A stretch of DNA of 64,000 nucleotides from Scyliorhinus canicula. Taxonomy: Eukaryota. Both the position numbers and the translations under genes were made by a program. This document shows positions 26,871 through 38,539 of this stretch, one piece after another. The notes under the pieces were generated by a model. The model saw only the letters and a list, made by a program, of their open reading frames with translations. It searched no databases and was not told the origin of the DNA. The DNA lies in contig NC_052164.1 in assembly GCF_902713615.1 (NCBI RefSeq), forward strand, positions 83,303,830 through 83,367,829. Reading direction: 5' to 3'. Each line of letters begins with the position of its first letter. Positions within the stretch are counted from its first letter, which is position 1.

Positions 26871-29750
26871 TGATAGGTAAAAGATAGCTATTTAGTGTAA
26901 ATATTAAGCCCCAGTTTTTAAATACCCATTTTTAATTCACTCATAACCTCAGGTCATCTCAAAACATACAGAGACACAAAACAGCATAATTCCATTATAG
27001 ATTAAAACAGCACATTTGCAAGACAGTTTGACACTATACTTGTGCTGTCGAATCAAGAATATAGCTACACCATAGCAACGCCACAGTAATACGAAGGCAC
27101 CATTGTTCATAATGGTGATAACAGCCTAGTCAGCAGAAGACCAGTTTAAGCTGGTCGCGATAACAGCACAATATCGCATTCCATAACATGCATAAGTATT
27201 CAGACATGAAACAATTAAAACTAATGTTACACATTGAAGATTGGTAGCCGTCAAATCAAACTCATTTGATCCTAACCCAAACCAATTAGGATTACATAGG
27301 GGTGTAGATAGATGGCTAAAGACTGATATGATTTAGTATAACCGCGAGGGTTAGTACGACCATTTGTATCCGGATCATTCTATACTTTGATCTAAACTAT
27401 TCTCTATCTCTGTACTTTCACTTTTCCACTCTAACTCTTGAAATAAATGCAAGCTGTTTGCCATAAGCAAGAAACCATTTCTGTATTATTTTAAAAGTTA
27501 CATTGTGTACAAGTTGCTTCTCTTTAAGTCATTTTTCCCAGCCAGACTTATTAGAGAATAAAATTTAAGTGATTCTCAATTGTAATCAGATAGAGGCAAT
27601 AAACGATTCTTATTTGCACCCGAGAAGTTTTAACTCAAATTTCTACTGAGTTTTAGTGTTCGCAAGTGCCACTAGATCCGCATGGTAGATCTCTTTCAAT
27701 TGGCGTAGTCGGCAGGAGGGGAGGAGCCAGCCAGGAAGAAATCAGAAGACCGAAGTACCAGAAGGACGGAAGACCCAAAGAAAAACGGCTAGACTGGGGT
27801 AAGAAACATCTTTTTCACCCATTAAAAGTCTTAAAGCCACATCAAGCAGTGCTTCGACCCCTTAGAAAGGACCTTTTTCAGACTTTGTTGATTCAATCGG
27901 GTGCCGATCGGTGAAACTAAAATAAAACGGGACTGAAAAAATAGTCGCGGTAGTGTACACAGATTACACATAGTTGACGACCAAAGGATTGGGTGTACGG
28001 TTGAGTTTATGGCGGAAATTAATCCTAAAATAGATTCAGAACCTTCAAATGGTAGAGAACTACTTCCCACAACGTCCAAGAGAGGCCGTGCTGTACCGGA
28101 TGTCTCTATTGACGATATATTGGATGATCTTAGATCTTTGATTTGTAGACAATTTGGATTGTCTGAAGTTGCAAGAAAAATTGAATCAAAATATGATATC
28201 CCTAAAGGGCAGTGGTCCCTTGATAATCTCAAGAAGGCATGGAGAAAACACACACGCTTAAATAGAGGAAAACGTATGAAATGGTCTTTTGCAGCAATGG
28301 CACAGCTCCAAAAATATCAAGAGACAATTGCAAAAACTAAATTCGATCATGACCACTAAAGACCAACTAGCAGCAGTGGTTGAAGAATTACAAGATGCAA
28401 AATCTAAACTTGAACAATGTGATCAGATTAAAACATTATTGGAAAATGAAACCTTTAAAGTTCAACAACAATCATTTCAAATTGGTGAATTACAACGTAA
28501 AAATACTGACTCAGAATCCAAACTTCAGCAGTTAACTTGCCAGTTACTTGAGGAAAAATGTATTTTGGAAAGTGACAAGGACACCATGAAATGTCATAAC
28601 AAATTACTGACAGACAAATTAACAGCTCAAAAGCCTTCAAATCTGTCTTTAAAAAATCAACTGAACTCTCGAAAGCAAACAGCGCCACCTACGGGAAGAG
28701 TTGAAACAATTTTAACTAAAGTCCAATATGTACCAGTGAATGTACCAAGATGTACTAAACCAAATCTACATTATTGCAAGCTGCTACTGACATGAAAACA
28801 ATGAATACAGTGATCGAATTTCCTGGCCAAATGAATTATCTGTCGAGGACACTTTTACCCCAGAACAAACCATTATCTTACTCTGAGATCACAAAATGCT
28901 GATGGCCCTGATCCAAAAGCCTCTCATGGCAGCTTTAATAGACTGAGATTTTTAAACAAGCAAAGCCTATTTGGTTGAGCAACGAGCCTCGTGGCAAACA
29001 AAGTGTAGTACAACTTAACCCATTAAGCACCAAATAGCTTGGAGTTGAAGTGATAAAGACAACAGCCTGGGTTTTAAACCATTTAAAAGATCTATCAAAA
29101 ACCCATTTCGTCACTGGTTTAAAACCAGAACTGTCTGCAGCTTTAAACTTGATCCTACCCAGACCTCAGTCCGAAACCGAAACTGCTAAAAAAAAAGCAC
29201 GTCAATCGTTGCCTCTCCGCCTCCGTTAACGACAAATGTGTCCAGAAGAGATAAAAAATTCCTTTCTCGTGTTGAAGGTGGCTATTTTGCGAGTTTCAGA
29301 TTTCTTGATTACAAACTGGTCTCCTGCGATGAAGGCCCGCCTCCTGGCTACAGGGATACGCCCCAAGTCACATATCGCTAAAAAGTTGCCAAGAACTGTT
29401 AACTTGAGAAAACTGTCATTATTTTGAATTTTGTTTTATTAATTTTAAGAAATTGACATATCTTGTTAGCTGTGCTTCCTTTAACAGAGTCGACACATTT
29501 ATCCATAGAAAACCAAGTACATTCAACGCAAGATTGGTTCAGTCACATATTCAATAAGTTATTGTGTTTGGAAATTAAATTTGGAATAGCAAATCTATGT
29601 TCCAAGAGAACACATTATTCTAAGACAATTGGCAGCAATCCAACTTTTACTCTCAGTCCATTTGAGTGACATATATAAAAAAAAATGTTTGAGAAAGATG
29701 CGAATGGCATCATTCCAAGCTCTACAGCCATTAAATCACTCCCTTTTTGA
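26871..29750 (+). mobile_element. Truncated LTR retroelement / endogenous retrovirus-like element: 5' LTR (~26871-27698), tRNA-Ser PBS, decayed gag
   Basis: TGATAG...CTTTCA termini and internal AATAAA. PBS at 27701, leader donor GG|gtaaga (~27798), gag-like frameshifted ORFs 28009-28359 and 28289-28795 (coiled coil). No 3' LTR seen. Confidence 0.75.
27701..27717 (+). promoter_or_regulatory. Primer binding site for tRNA-Ser
   Basis: TGGCGTAGTCGGCAGGA is the reverse complement of the vertebrate tRNA-Ser(AGA/TGA) 3' end (UCCUGCCGACUACG-CCA), 2 nt after the LTR ...CA. Confidence 0.9.
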
Positions 29751-31090
29751 AGAAGTGAAGGAATCCCACCGCCCTCTCCCCTCCAACACCACCTTAACAT
29801 CTTTGGTACAATAAAGGAGCTCCTTTTCTGCAACTTCAGAGGGTCACAATGCAAGGTTTCTGATGAGACATTTCCACTGGAATTTTAAGCCCGCTGTCTA
29901 CAGTTGGCGAGGAAAAGTTGGAAAGCGTCATCTTACCATCCCTGTTCATGTCAGGTTATTACATTTCTCTCTGCACGTCTCTTCCATCCTGTACATGTGA
30001 TGTTCAGAAACTCTTTATTATCACTGCCAACACCCTCTTCCTCACTGCATGTGAGGGCTGGGATGTAGGCTAGATGACACGCCAGTCCCCTATTTGCTTC
30101 AATTTCTTCAAGAAGGGTCTCAACAGGGAAATTAAATGTCCTCCCCATTGCTCCAGTTATCCATTATCCCTTTTCTGTGAGAAGGGAAATTGAGACTCTG
30201 CACTGTGTGGTTTAAGTGAATTGCTTATTTAAAAAAAGCAATACAATAAGCATGTGTGCTGCTTACCGTTATACTCTCCAGCCCCACCTTTATAGTCCTC
30301 CACCCCAGCACCTTGAGGCTCTCTTGGTCTTATTCAAAGTACAATCAAACCATGCTGGATTTATAACCATTTTATTTTTGGACATATTCTAGTCAGATTG
30401 GCAAGGAACTCAACCATATCTTGACATGAGGTGAATGGACACATTGTCAGGTCTAACCGCCAAGATTGGCCCCACTGGGAACTCAAGCCCCCGGGTGCAT
30501 GGTATCTGAGTAACATGAAATAGGTAAATTATGAGAAAGATGTAACTAAATATGTACAATTTACCTTGTTGTTCTTACATCATCATTCGAAATACTGATG
30601 CAAAACAATTCCACTGGCTGACTTCCCTAAACCTTTAAAGGGAAAATACTCGGGGAGGCGCAAGAACGCGAAAGCAAACATGTCGAATAAAAGATTTAAA
30701 TCTGCTCCAGGAATATTACTTTCTCATTTGTCTGAATAGAGTTCAATCTTCTGGCCAAGGGAAAAATAAACTACTTTACAGTCTTTAACCGACAAATCAA
30801 ACTCCCAACAGTTGGCAATCTGGGCAGTTAATATTAAGTAAAAGCTCAATAATCGGACAATTCTGAACTTGAAGCAAAAAAGTAGTCAGTTACTGAGAAA
30901 ATAGCTGGATTAACCTCAAAATTGTTATACTTTTGAATCATGCTTCTTATTTTATTCATGTTATCCCAAAGTCCTAGTTTGGTATTATGCTGCTCTAGAT
31001 GTTGCAATACATTCTAAATGGATAAAGATTCAAGTCAGTGAAGTCCAGCCCAGTAAAATCTCTCACTGTGATGTCCAGTTTTTCTTATAC

Positions 31091-31159
31091 CTGGTAGTTC
31101 CGAACACCATCCCAGCATGCAGTCTGATTATGTTGTACCTTCAGATCCTCTACTCCAAA
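31091..31159 (-). CDS. THYN1: THYN1 coding exon 3
   Basis: cccag| ... CAG|gtataa, 69 bp; FGVEDLKVQHNQTACWDGVRNYQ (EVE motif WDGVRNYQ). Confidence 0.95.
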
Positions 31160-32842
31160 CTGGGAATAGAACCAAAGAAAGAATTAAAAAACATAGAAAC
31201 ATATATTTTACTTACCCCTCAAAATAATAACTGCTCATATTTACTTCCACTTTCAAGTTGTACAGGAGAAATCTTTCTTGGACAATTTATCTTCTTGAAT
31301 AAGATCATCCAGTTTTCTCAATGCAGTCATTCAATTCAACTGACACACCATTAAATATTTAGAATAAACACGACTGCTGAAACCTCAATAATAAAGGGTC
31401 AATAATTTAAATTGAGATTAACTTAAATTATTCCCCTTTCAAGAATCACAGAAAGGTCCCAGTAAAATGATGACGCCCATTGCTGGCATCTGGTTACAAA
31501 TATCTGATATGTATGCAGCACGAGTCATTAATATTAAGAGCAGCAATGATATGATGCATTGTTAGTTTGCGTGCATGCTTTAACTGAACCCATTGCAACT
31601 AGTAAACTACTTTATCAGCATCTTGCAATATTGTTAATTTGACAGGAAAATATCCTACTGGCTGTTTATAACTATGCAGACAATAACATTGATTTTGGTG
31701 ACTGCCTCAGTCCTCATTAACATGTGCTGCACATTGCACACAGTGACACTAAATTCAAATTTGGAGGAAGATTCAATACTTGCAACCCAAATAAACTGCA
31801 CAAGATCTTCTCCATTCTGTAGAAGAATTAGAAGATTTTCTCTTGCCAGAATGAATGGAATTATTTCACAGAAGGTGTATAATTGGATTCTATTTTATCA
31901 GTAATCCAACTGGGTAGAAAGATCAAATGATTCCTGAGCAACAACATGGAATGATTAAACAACATAGGTCTTCACTGACAGTGAGAAGCATTGGAGGTCT
32001 CAAGTGTCTTTGTGTGACATAACTTTTAAGAGGCCTGAAGACAAAGACTGAATGGTCCACAATTATACCTGTAATTTTTTTGTGCAGCAAGTCTGGAGAC
32101 TCTGTTGCTTCTCATTACAATATAATTTCAACATCTTTATAACACAATTTTATCACGATGACTCAAAAATCTAATTAAACTACAAGAGTACAATAATAGG
32201 TTAGTAGACAAAAGGACACGGTTGAAGTCAATGGAAAAGACAATCTTGAGAATCATGAGCAGGATAAAACAGGTCACTGATTTGCTATGAGCTCGTTCTG
32301 CACTCCTGTCCATATTTCATTCCACAAAGCCTACTCACAGTAGACTTCCATTAGCAACAAGACAAACAGAACTCCAACCATGATTCCACTCTCTGCTTGC
32401 AAGATAATTATGGATGACAAAGGCGGTCTTCCCGAACTCATCGCATCCATTCAGAATGACATACAAACATACATATTAGGAGCAGGAGTAAGCCAGTCAG
32501 CCCCTCAAGCCTGCTCTACCATTTGATAACATTGCCTACATGATACCAGTGTCTACAACTCAGAAGTATTTAATTGGCTCTAAAGTGATTTGCAGCATCA
32601 TGAAAACTGCTGTACTAAGGTTTTGTTTTCCTTTCATTAGACCGACACGCAGTGGGCAGAGTGACTGCAGCAACGATGAAATTCCCTCTTTCCTCTGGCT
32701 GCTCAGGTTGGGGGACAACAAGAAACTCTGTTTACAGCAATGAGACCAGAACATTCCCACCCACCTAGACCACGGGCCCAAATGTTTGGCACCATTTGCA
32801 CCAACCCCTCAGGCCCTACATTTGGTAACAACACATTACCTC

Positions 32843-33067
32843 GGGCGGCACGGTGGCGCAGTGGTTAGTATTGCTGCCTCATGGCGTCGAGGGCACAGGT
32901 TCGATCTCAGCTCTGGATCACTGTGTGGAGTTTGCACATTCCTCCCCCATGTTCGCATGGGTTTTGCCCCCACAACCCAAAGATGTGCAGGGTAGGTGGA
33001 TTGGCCATGTAAAATTGCCCCTTAATTGGAAAAAATGAATTGGGTACTCTAAATTTGAAAAAAAAAA
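32843..33067 (+). mobile_element. Short HE1-related SINE with A-tail abutting the THYN1 exon 2 donor
   Basis: GGGCGGCACGGTGGCGCAGTGG head, family tail and poly(A). Confidence 0.82.
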
Positions 33068-33075
33068 CACATTAC

Positions 33076-33275
33076 CTTCATATCAACACCATTTTCAAAT
33101 CGGCTTTCTGGTTCTGATTTCATCAGCCAAAAGCTGTGTGCCTCTTTGTTGCCTTTTTCCTCTCCAGATGGCCTTACTTTTGTTTGTCTGCCAGTGGTCA
33201 AACACTCTATGGCCACAGGTTCTGTTGAGTCATCCAGTTCCTTTTTGGCAGATTTGGCAGCTGGTTCAGTTGTTT
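33076..33275 (-). CDS. THYN1: THYN1 coding exon 2
   Basis: aatag| ... AAG|gtaatg, 200 bp; ends HSFWLMKSEPESRFENGVDMK (EVE motif WLMKSEP). Confidence 0.92.
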
Positions 33276-33429
33276 CTATTGGCAACAGAGGGCAAACAAT
33301 AAAGATGTAACAGAATCTCTTCCTGAAGAACACTGCAAAAACAGAATACCTGTTAGAGTTACCTTCATTCTTTAAATACAGATATATCCTCCATACGCTG
33401 TGTGAGTATGCCCTCACTTAAGAATGTTC

Positions 33430-34520
33430 TGAAGACACCATGCGCTGCATGGGCAAATTAAATGTTATCATGATGTTGGAGATAGGTGATGCTGCATATG
33501 CCCTGTGCATAGGTACGAATGCCATAGGTAGGATTAGAGAAATGATTCTACAAAGGGTTCATGAGCAACTAGGGAATAAATTAATAAGTAGAGCTATAAT
33601 GGTAACAATTTGAGCCATGAGAAAATTACATAGGGTAAATACGAAGAAAGTTGAATCTATGGTTCAAAGATTGACATGAGGAAATGTGATTCAATTCATG
33701 CGGTACTGGTACCAGTGCGGGAGGAAGAGGAAACTGCACTGTTGGGACAGCCGTCACCTGAACTTCTCTGGGTCCAGTCTACTGGCTAATCATATAACTA
33801 GAACTGCAGAGAGGACTTTAAACTGGATAGTGGGGTGGATAGTTCATGTGAAGGAAATTTTAGAAAGTTAAAGTGAAAAGGCAAGACAGCAGTGCAGGCG
33901 AGTGATTTGGGTAATGATAAACAGTGTGTTAAAGGAAGGGACAGAATGTACAAACATAAGAGTGCACCAGCAAATAAGATCAGAGCAGGGGAAATGGTTA
34001 AAAAAATGAAAGAACACAACATTTGTAACAAGATGAATAAATTGATAGCACAAATAGAAATAAAGTAGTATGATATGATGGCCCTTACAGAGTCACGGTT
34101 GCAAAGTGACAACGCAGGGAACTGAATATTCAAGGGTATTGGAAGGACAGGATGAAAGGGATGACTTAATAAGGACAGAGGATTTGCTAACTAACAGCAA
34201 ACAGTGTCTGGATAAATGGGCCATTTTCTGGTTGGCAAACTGTAACTAGTGAAGCGCTGCAGGGATCAGTACTACTGATGCCTCAACTATTTACGATCCA
34301 TATTAAGGACTTGAATGAAGGGACAAACTTTACTGTAGCCAAATTTACTGATGATACAAAGATAAGTAGGAAAGCAAGTTGTTAGGATGATACAACGAGC
34401 ATGAAAAGGGATATAGGTAGGTTAAGTGAGTGGGCAAAAGAATTGGAAGATGGAGTATATGCAAAAGTGTGAGGTTGTTCACTTTGGTAGGAAGAATAAA
34501 AAGGCAGAATATTATTTGCT
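33430..34520 (+). mobile_element. Old degenerate CR1 LINE spanning the ORF1 end and deleted ORF2
   Basis: WDSRHLNFSG...RTLN (ORF1 end), EN and RT remnants (QGSV, KFTDDTK). Confidence 0.75.
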
Positions 34521-35208
34521 CCAAGATTTTTATATAAATCAAACATCAATCTTTTCCTTCACCAAAACCATCCAAGTTCAATTACCCTGATAATTCAGTG
34601 AATTCAGTAATAGTTGACAGAATTCTGGGAGGGATGTTACACTTAGTTTCAGAACACACGGCAACACACAAATGCAAGTTGTCGATAAAGATGTTTCTGT
34701 AGCACCAATGCCCACCCTACCCTTAATGTGCTTCTTTTGAGTACTCAAATAAACTAAATCAACAAATTGAAGGATAAAGTAAAAGGCCGAGTGAAAAGGG
34801 ATACTGCATCAAAGCAATCAGAATTTCAAAGGAAACTTAAAATATCAAAACAAAATGTGGTTAATGGGGTTGGGTAAAACACCCCAGTCCCTGGGGTGCA
34901 CACTGGGCATGGAAGGGCTTGATCATGCCGATCGACACGGCGTGCTCCCTTTCCAGGGACACCCAGCAGCAAACAGCTGCAGAAGAGGAACAGACAGGAC
35001 ATTCAAACCCCTCAACCTGTATCTGTGGGAGTGCCAGACAGGAATGACCCCAATAAAGCCACCCCACCCCCTGTAAATATCCTGCTGTCGTCTATTAACA
35101 TGTCATTCAAGAATAACGGCCACCTGAATGAAGGACCAGAGGATGTTCAAAACTCCTGGAGCAATACTCTAGCAAGGGATTAATGGCTTCAAGAGGGGAG
35201 AGGAGGGA

Positions 35209-35532
35209 ACATAGAACAGTACAGCACAGAACAGGCCCTTCGGCCCTCGATGTTGTGCCGAGCAATGATCACCCTACTCAAACCCACGTATCCACCCTAT
35301 ACCCGTAACCCAACCTTACTTTTTTAGGACACTACCGGCAATTTAGCATGGCCAATCCACCTAACCCGCACATCTTTGGACTGTGGGAGGAAACCGGAGC
35401 ACCCGGAGGAAACCCACGCACACACGGGGAGGACGTGCAGACTCCGCACAGACAGTGACCCAGCCGGGAATCGAACCTGGGACCCTGGAGCTGTGAAGCA
35501 TTTATGCTAACCACCATGCTACCGTGCTGCCC
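35209..35532 (-). mobile_element. Young HE1-like V-SINE
   Basis: Near-identical to the copies at 49855 and 56333; tail GTGCTGTACTGTTCTATGTTC. Confidence 0.9.
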
Positions 35533-35777
35533 CTAGGAAAAGAGGAAGTGGAATAGAAGAGAATGGGAGTGAGAAAATTAAAACACAAATTCAGAAACGC
35601 TCCTTATAAATTAGCAAAGAGGGAAATGTTTAGATAGACTCTGTTTTAAAAAGCATCACCAATCACCACAGATCACGATAGATCATTGAACAATATTTAT
35701 CGGTTACAAAGCCACCACACTACGCTACTGTCAACAACAAACACAATCTGATCAGTAAAGCACAAGAAAAAGATTAC

Positions 35778-35820
35778 TTGACTTTCCAGATCCACCACGT
35801 TTTTGGTTTCTTGGAGGCAT
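35778..35820 (-). CDS. THYN1: THYN1 first coding exon; the exon extends to an acceptor at 35846, implying an upstream non-coding exon
   Basis: ttacag| acceptor, AAGATG start, MPPRNQKRGGSGKS, A|gtaatc donor. Its 43 coding bp phase-match exon 2; total CDS 699 bp = 232 aa. Confidence 0.8.
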
Positions 35821-36241
35821 CTTCGATTTTTCAACCTTTTTGTATCCTGTAATTGAAAAATATAAAATGTTGTCAGTGAGTAAATACTGCGTTCATAAAG
35901 AAGCTAGTTAAAAGAGGTTTGCGAAAAGATAGCTTGAAATCCACACGCAAATAGGAGTCACTCAACTGCAAAAGGTTTTGTTAGCTTGACTCTGCTTTTG
36001 GGGGTGCACATAAATCAGGAGGATTAATGCCAGAGGAGTCAACAAGTTAGAACAGTCTGCTATTAATTTTCCAATGACCCAATAGTTCATCTTTAGTCAA
36101 GATTTTCAAGCCAGAAATGCTTGCAAGAAAGGCGAAAGAAATCACTATATTCTTAGAATTGGTCAACCTCATCCCCATTAAAGAGAATGCTTCATTAATC
36201 GCAACACATTTTAAATGGGTGATCAATCTCAATTCACTGTA

Positions 36242-38455
36242 TTTTTTTTTTAATAAACATTTTATTGAGGCATTTTTGGTATTGTAACAACAACAAAATA
36301 AACAATGTATAGGAAACTATAAACATATTGCAAAAGCCGTCTCCCTTCCTTACAGGTCCCACTTTATTAACCCCCTACTCTAAGCTAAAATAACTCCCAC
36401 CCCCTTCTGCTGACGATTAATTTTCCGCAAATAAGTCGATGAACGGTTGCCACATCGGGGCGAACCCTAACAGTGACCCTCTCAAAGCGAACTTGATTTT
36501 CTCCAGATCTGGTCCCCAAACAGAGAAAGCTAGCCATGTCCGATAGCCAGGTCTCCGACTTCGGGGGCTTTGAGTCCCTCCAAGCTAATAATTTCTGTCT
36601 CCGGGCTACCAGGGAAGCAAAGGCTAGAACGTGTCTCTTTCTCCTCCAGGATTCCCGGGTCTTCAGACATCCCGAAAATCGCCACCTCTGGACTTAGTGC
36701 CACCCTTGTTTTTAACACCGTGGACATGACATCTGCAATCCCCCTGCCAAAATCCCCTAAGCTTCGTACATGCCCAGGACATGTGGACATGGTTCGCTGG
36801 TCCTCCTGCACATTTTGCACACCTGTCTTCCACCCCAAAGAATCTGCTCATCCGGGCCACTGTCATGTGAGCCCGATGAACGACCTTGAATTATATCAGG
36901 CTGAGCCTGGCACATGTTGCGGACGCGCTGACTCTACTCAACGAGTCCGCCCATAGACCACTCTATCTCTCCTCCCAGCTCCTCCCACTTGCGCTTCAGC
37001 GCCTCGGTCTGCGTCTCCTTCGACCCCATAAGTTCCTTGTACATGTCAGAGACGCTCCCTTCTCCTACCCACCTCAGGAAACTACCCTGTCCTGAATCCC
37101 CGTTAGCGGTAGGAGCGGGAAGGTTGACACCTGTTTACGTAGGAAGTCCCGCACCTGCAGATACCTGAATTTGGTTCCCGTCGTCAACCCAAACTTCTCC
37201 TCCAGGCCCTCATACTCGGAAAGCTCCCCTCTATAAACATAACCCCTATCCTCTCAATCTCTGCTCTCCGCCATATCCAGAACACCCCATCCATACTTCC
37301 CGGGGCAAACCGGTGATTATTACAGATTGGGGACCAGACCGATGCTCCCTCTACTCCCACATGTCTCCTCCATTGCCCCCAGATTCTCAAGGCCGCCACC
37401 ACCACGGGGCTGGTGGAGTACCGTGCCGGTGGGAACGGCAGAGGTGCAATTACCAACACCCCCAGACTGGTGCCCTTGCATGAAGCCACCTCCATACGCT
37501 CCCATGCCGACCCCTACCCCACCACCCACTTCCTGATCATGGCTATATTCGCCGCCCAGTAATAGTTATTAAAATTTGGCAGGGCCAGCCCGCCCTCTCT
37601 CCTTTTTCGCCCAAGCATTACCTTCCTTACTCGCGGGATCTTGCCCGCCTAAACGAAGCCAGTGATCACTTTGTTGACACGTTTAAAAAAGGACTGCGGA
37701 ATAAAGATGGGGAGACACTGAAATACAAACAGGAATCTCGGGAGGACCATCATCTTCACCGTCTGCACCCTCCCAGCCAGTGACAACGGAAGCGCGTCTC
37801 ATCTCTGAAAATCATCCTTCACTTGGTCTACTAGTCGGGCCAAATTTAATTTATGCATCCGGTCCCATTCCCACGTCACTTGAATGCCTAGGTACCTAAA
37901 GCTTCCCCCTACTAATCTAAATGGCAGCTCCCCCAAACGCCTCTCCTGTCCCCTCGCCTGGACCGCAAACATCTCACTTTTCCCCATTTTTAGCTTATAC
38001 CCCGAAAACCGGCCAAATTCCCCTGGAATCCTCATGATTTCTTCCATCGCCTCTATTGGGTCCAATAAATACAGAAGCAGAAGTCTGCATAGAACGAGAC
38101 TCTGTGCTCCACTCCCCCCTCCTCCCCCCCCCCCCCCCCCCCCCCCCACCCCCCGCAGACCAGCCCCTTGAGGCTCTCAGAGCAATTGCCAACGGCTCCA
38201 TAGCCAGTGCGAACAACAGTGGTGGGGAGAGGGGTCATCCCTGTCTCGTCCCCCGGTGCAGTCTAAAATAGTCCAATATTGTCCGTACACTTGCCACCGG
38301 AGCCTGATACAGCAACCTGACCCAGTCAGTAAAGCCCCTCCCAAATCCGAACCGTCCCAGTACCTCCCACAGATAATCCCATTCTACCTGATCAAAAGCC
38401 TTTTCTGCATCCATTGCGATCACTACCTCCACCTCCCTACCTTCCGGGGGCATCA
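36242..38455 (-). mobile_element. Tx1/L1-clade LINE, 3' part of ORF2 (degenerate), host of the CR1 insertion
   Basis: Poly(A) tail at 36242; fragments DAEKAFDQVEW, RGTRQG, FRYLGI and a C-terminal CxxC..H...C motif (CAKCAGGPANHVHMSWAC). Confidence 0.88.
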
Positions 38456-38539
38456 TAAGACCATAAGACATAGGAGTGGAAGTAAGGCCATTCGGCCCAT
38501 CGAGTCCACTCCGCCATTCAATCATGGCTGATGGGCATT

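Noticed and set aside
28289-28359. Programmed frameshift between the two gag-like ORFs
   Set aside because: The element is heavily decayed downstream, so a random indel explains the overlap more simply.
38124-38155. Long poly-C/poly-G runs (also ~47100, ~47880, ~57220) as G4 elements or poly-Pro/Gly coding
   Set aside because: Homopolymer expansions, mostly within repeats, whose length is unreliable in assemblies.
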